A stretch of 64,000 bases of DNA from Amoebidium appalachense (lineage: Eukaryota; Protista; Ichthyosporea), in NCBI GenBank assembly GCA_963693365.1, contig CAVNZM010000015.1:248001-312000 (forward strand), written 5' to 3'. How positions within the stretch are numbered: the first letter of the stretch is position 1; each line of letters begins with the position of its first letter. A program made the translations under genes and the position numbers. The notes below the pieces were generated by a model. That model ran no database searches and was not told where the DNA came from. It saw only the letters and a list, made by a program, of their open reading frames with translations. Below are positions 47,962 through 64,000 of this stretch, piece by piece.

Positions 47962-50932
47962 ACCTTCAACTATCCCCCCATATCCAAATATCCCACCCAA
48001 CTATCTCCAAATATCCCACCCACCTCCAACTCACCCCATTTCCTTTCCACCTGTCTCACGCATCCGTCCACCCCACCAGGTACCCGTGCGTTTCAACCTC
48101 GTGTACATGGCCCAAGTCGACTACACAGAAAAGGGAGATATGATGTCAACACTCAGCCAATTGCAGTCGACAACAGATGGGGTTTTGGACGGCGTGCACG
48201 CGCTACGTGACAAATACAATGCGGATTTGGTGCAATTGTTGACGAGTGACGTGCAGTATTGTGGTCTGGGGTATATGTTGTCGGCCAGCAGTGTGGGGAG
48301 ACCTGATTGGGCTAACGGGTGGGGGTTCTCCGTGGTGGCGCATCTGTGTATGAACGGACTGACACCGGCACATGAATGGGGACACAACCTGGTGAGTGTT
48401 TGGAATGTGTCTATCTGTGTGTGTGCCACTGTCTCCCTTTCTCTCTCGGTTTGTGTGGTTTGTGTGCATGCATGCATGTGCCCCGGTGTGTGTACATTTG
48501 TGCGCACGTGTGCATGTGTTTCCCACGGTGGTTGCATGCACGTGTTTGTACCTGTACCACGGTGTGTTCGTGGAGTGACGAGATTTTTTTCGGTTTGATG
48601 GTGTGCCTGTTCCGAGAGTCTTTTCGACATTCCATGTGTAATAGTTCTGAGCACACATGTTGCCCAACTCACCAACCCCCCCCCCCCCCCCTCTCTCTCT
48701 CCCCATGATACACCAAGTACCATGTGATCTCTCCACCCTCCCCCCCCCCCCCCCCCCCCCAAAAAAATAAAAAAATAAAATAAAATAAAAAAATCCAGTC
48801 TGCCATATAAAACAACTAAGACTGTTCCATCTCGAGCCAACTGTGGATTTCAAAATCTGGAGACTTTCCATATGACCGAGTCTTGCATTCGGATCCTTCA
48901 CATTAATAAGGGCTTGGTACCGTATAGAACACGGTACAAGTATTAACAAGGACACTTCTACGACCCACAGGGGCTACACCACAACAAAGAAGACGCTGGG
49001 GATTCTTCTTTCCCGTACGCCTACGGTTACCGAATTTGCGGGCCAGGGGGGATCCAAACGGTGATGGCGTACTACTGCGATCAGACCGTGCGTGTGCCCT
49101 ACTATTCAAACCCTAGGGTTTCCACCACCAAGGGGCAGATTACCGGGGTTGCAAATGTGGCCGAAAATGCACGTGCACTTGCACAAACCGCGTGGACGGT
49201 AGCAAATTACCGGGTGGCCGGGGTGGTTAGAACCCCCCCTATTCCGACGTATTTATCTGCAACGGCGCCATTTGGCAAGCGGGTTGATTTGAAGTGGCAG
49301 GATGTGCCTGATGAGACGGGGTTTAGGGTGTATCGCATGGCCCAATCAGAGACGAGCTTCACCCTAGTTGCTACCGTACCTATCAACACCCTTACCTACG
49401 CAGACACCACCGTATCCCCTGTGACCACCTACACCTATCGGATTGCGGCTTTCAACAGCGCCGGCCAATCACAACAGAGCATTCCGGTGTCCATTTTGAC
49501 CCCCGCCACCCTGACCGATCCAACCATTGATGAGATTCCAACGATCATCGTCACGCCAAACGCCGACCAATCCGCCGTGGTGGTATGCATTAACCCCCTC
49601 AAGACTACAGACCCCACGACTTTCACAATCGAACGGTCGACAAATAGCGCCACGGCAGTTACCATAGGAACCACCACCACAGCCGGAAATTTCACCGACA
49701 GTACAACTACACCTGGTGCATTGTATGCCTACGACGTGGTAGCCGTTGGCCCAACTAAAAACCTGCGCAGGAGCACCGTTAAAACTGTTGCAATTCCCCT
49801 TAAACCCCCAGGGGGGCTCAACACAGCAGTGCAGGGGACAACCATCACCCTCACGTGGGCCGCCGTTTCCGGGGCCACCCAATACCTCGTCACTCGCAAG
49901 CCAATCAGCGGACAGGGGCTCACCATAGACCCCAGCAGTGTGCAATTTACCATATCAGCCCCCGCCACCACGCACGTTTCTACAGGTGTCTCGTATTCAA
50001 CTGTCTACCAATACACCGTACAGGCTCTGAGCACTGTTTCTCCCCTCGTAACTTCAACCACCACCACCACAACAGCCCAAACGGGTGTTGGACCCCTTCT
50101 AGCCCCTACGCAAATTACATGTGTAGCTTCTTCGGCCGCAGCCGTAAAAGTTTCTTGGGGGGCTTCATGGGGAGCCACCGGTTACACGGTGCAGTTGGTG
50201 AATGCCATCACCAGCCCCCTCCAGGGCCCACGCACGGACTACCCCAGTACGGCCACAAGCATCATCTGGACCCCCCTGGAACCTTCGACCACCTACCGCT
50301 TTGTGGTCTATGCTAAAAATAGCACCACCACCTCCCCTGCATCCGCCATGTGCACCGTCACCACAAGCAACCTGCTGGGGTCCGTGCTGTCCTACACCAC
50401 GAATGCAAATAACCAAATCGGGCTAAAATGGTCCGCCGTGATTGGTGCGTCGGGCTACACCATCCGTCGATCGACGCCTTTGGTTGCCGGCAGCACGCCA
50501 ATCGTCATCAACATTGCCGCCCCGACAGTTTCCTACGCCGATACCCGGGCTGTCGCTGGCAATCGCAGATACGATTACACGATCACACCGTATTACTCCC
50601 GAGGTTTCGGCCCGGTGTCGAGCGTGCTGTCCATTACCACTCCGCCCCTTAACCCTGCTGTTTCATTGGTTCTTTCGAGCCAATCAAAAGGCACGACCAC
50701 GGCGATAATTAATTGGACGATCGCGGCAGGAGTTTCGACGACAAATCTGAGGTTTAGGGTGTATCGTAAAGCGTCCAATCAGACCTCGAGCACACTCGTT
50801 GCGGCTCTAACTGGAACAGCGCGGTCGTTTACGCAAACGGGTCTGCAGAGAGGGCTGACTTACACCTATTGGGTGTACTATGACAACGTGTATGGGGTGA
50901 GTTCGGGGGCAGCGGTTGCATTTGCTGTGTGA
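46009..50932 (+). CDS. Secreted zinc metallopeptidase (reprolysin-like / peptidyl-Asp metalloendopeptidase-like metzincin) with 6 FN3 repeats, ~1009 aa
   Basis: Exons 46009-46158, 46945-47550, 48080-48391 and 48971-50932, all phase 0. Signal-like MAVRVLCSSIILAAFTALSHG; RRRR before VDVMVLYT; ADLVQLL..CGLGY; HEWGHNL|GLHH; Met-turn TVMAY; YYSNP; FN3 W..Y..Y patterns. Confidence 0.93.
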
Positions 50933-52726
50933 TGGTTTTTTTGTCCTTCTCCTAACCACAATAATCTTTTGTTGGTTTTTATACGTACGTACGTACATAC
51001 AAACACAACACACATACATGAACACACGCGTACATAGGTATACAAACACAAACACCGTAGCTGCACTCACACACGCATGCACACACAAACGTGCACACAC
51101 GCAATGAAGACATCCATCTCCTATACACACATGTACATCGTTAATATTTCCAACCGTGGTATAACTTGACCCATAGATGTATATAGGCCTATGGTACATA
51201 TTTCACTTGGCATCGTTTTGTATACGTTGCAAAGAATTGTGTAAATATCATGATTCGTGAGGAATGTAATTGATTACCACTTATGTAGTGTTACCCGTAC
51301 TCGGGATTTGATGGGGAGGTTGGTGTATTTTTGTTTAGAAATAGTAGTTCATTATAGCAATCTGAGGTAGTAGTTAATTATAGCAATTTGAAATAGTGGT
51401 TCATTATAGCATTTTAGCTTTTGTATGTAGTCGTGCGTCTTCTGCATCAGCACATGATAGTATTCATACAAGGTATTCTCATGATAGTATTTATACATAT
51501 GTGGCTAACACTGCAACCCAGTAAATGCAAATTATAGCATGGCACGTGCTCTGCGGGAGGACCAGCCATTGCATTTGCACACCTCAACCTCAATGACACG
51601 TGGCAGTGGCGATACCCCCACCCTCACAGTTAACATAGAGCCCTACTGTGTTATATGTTTACTTTTTTTACATTCTATTTTATTTTTTTGGTGGGGAAGT
51701 GGGGGGGGATTTTTGTGTGTGGTGGGTGCCAGGCGATCGATGTGTTCACGTCTCTGTGACTCACCCATATTCTCGCTATCACACGTGTGTTGAAATTTCG
51801 AAGCAGTCATGGATTGGACAATCGCAAACCCTTTTCTGGGAAAACTTTAACTTGTTAATGGAATCGTGGAGATGAGTATATGTGTTTGTGTGCGTGTCTG
51901 TGTCTGTGTCTGTGTGAGTGTTCATGGGACCCAGTGTGTATACAGATCTATGTGCGTGTTGTGGGAGGGAGGGGGAGGGATAAACGGTACAACCCAGGAC
52001 GAGTAGAGGTATACGACGGCTGGCCAATCAGCATTCATCCTTTATTTCCGAATTAGGTTACACACAAAGAAGAACGGTTTAAAACTCCTCCATGTACACT
52101 TACAGTTGCATGTACGGAACTTACCTATGGAAATGAGAATATTAAGGTACATACTAAATCAGCCGACGATTAACTATATGTACATGTAGGGATTGGGATT
52201 TTCGACCGCTCAAAGGAAAAATGGACGTGTCTATTTATTATGTTCAACTCTCAGGTATATGTATTCGAAGTAAATAACTAAGTGATCCATATCACTTACC
52301 ACACCATGGGATAAAGCCAAAAACGGAAGCCAATTTCAACTAACTAATATTTTTTCTCTATGTGTTGCTCGATCAGCGAATGGAGACGGGAAAAAACAAA
52401 CAACAACAACAACAAAAAAACACTCCAGCCTAATATTAGGTTGCTAAACAAGTACATTATTGGGGTATGCATTTTATGCAATATTACTACCAGTTGCCGT
52501 TCGATTATTGTGGTCCAGTGAGTGCCTACTTTTTTATACACATCACAATGAGTGGTGCATTTGCATGTGTGTGTGCGTGGGTTTCAATGTTTGTAACATG
52601 TGGTTGCAAGAGCGTTGGAATAAGGATGGAGTGTACTTGGAATGTGTGGAATCCATTTGCACGAGCGATGGAATGTGGATGGAATGCATTTGCAGGTGCA
52701 TGTATGCCACCCCAAGGGGACTACAA

Positions 52727-64000
<11,274 letters not shown>

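Noticed and set aside
49040-49065. Apparent frameshift before TVMAY in the peptidase
   Set aside because: On recount, exon 4 from 48971 is in frame with 49061 (offset 90).
51340-51500. 26-bp x3 and 27-bp x2 AT-rich direct repeats
   Set aside because: Ordinary small tandem duplications in the convergent intergenic region.

Overview
Eukaryotic genomic DNA from an intron-rich genome saturated with microsatellites ((CA)n, (GA)n, G/C runs); nearly all ORF-track entries are simple-repeat artefacts. Splicing GT-AG exons by eye gives four genes. (1) A minus-strand C2/PH/VASt/TM lipid-transfer-like gene (~155-20768). (2) FRA10AC1 on the plus strand (21630-27473), head-to-head with gene 1. (3) A secreted, bacterial-looking metzincin with six FN3 repeats (46009-50932). 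(4) The 3' part of a minus-strand Munc13/MUN-domain gene (52727 to beyond the window). Between genes 2 and 3 is a TE cluster: a Tc1/mariner-type MITE and a very young chromodomain-bearing Ty3/gypsy element (30749-41693) whose gag and pol are separated by one in-frame UAG. A 2.7-kb non-autonomous LTR element is nested in its 5' LTR; it has no TGG primer site but carries a 12-mer complementary to the 5' end of tRNA-Ala. All domain calls rest on motif recognition, with no database search.
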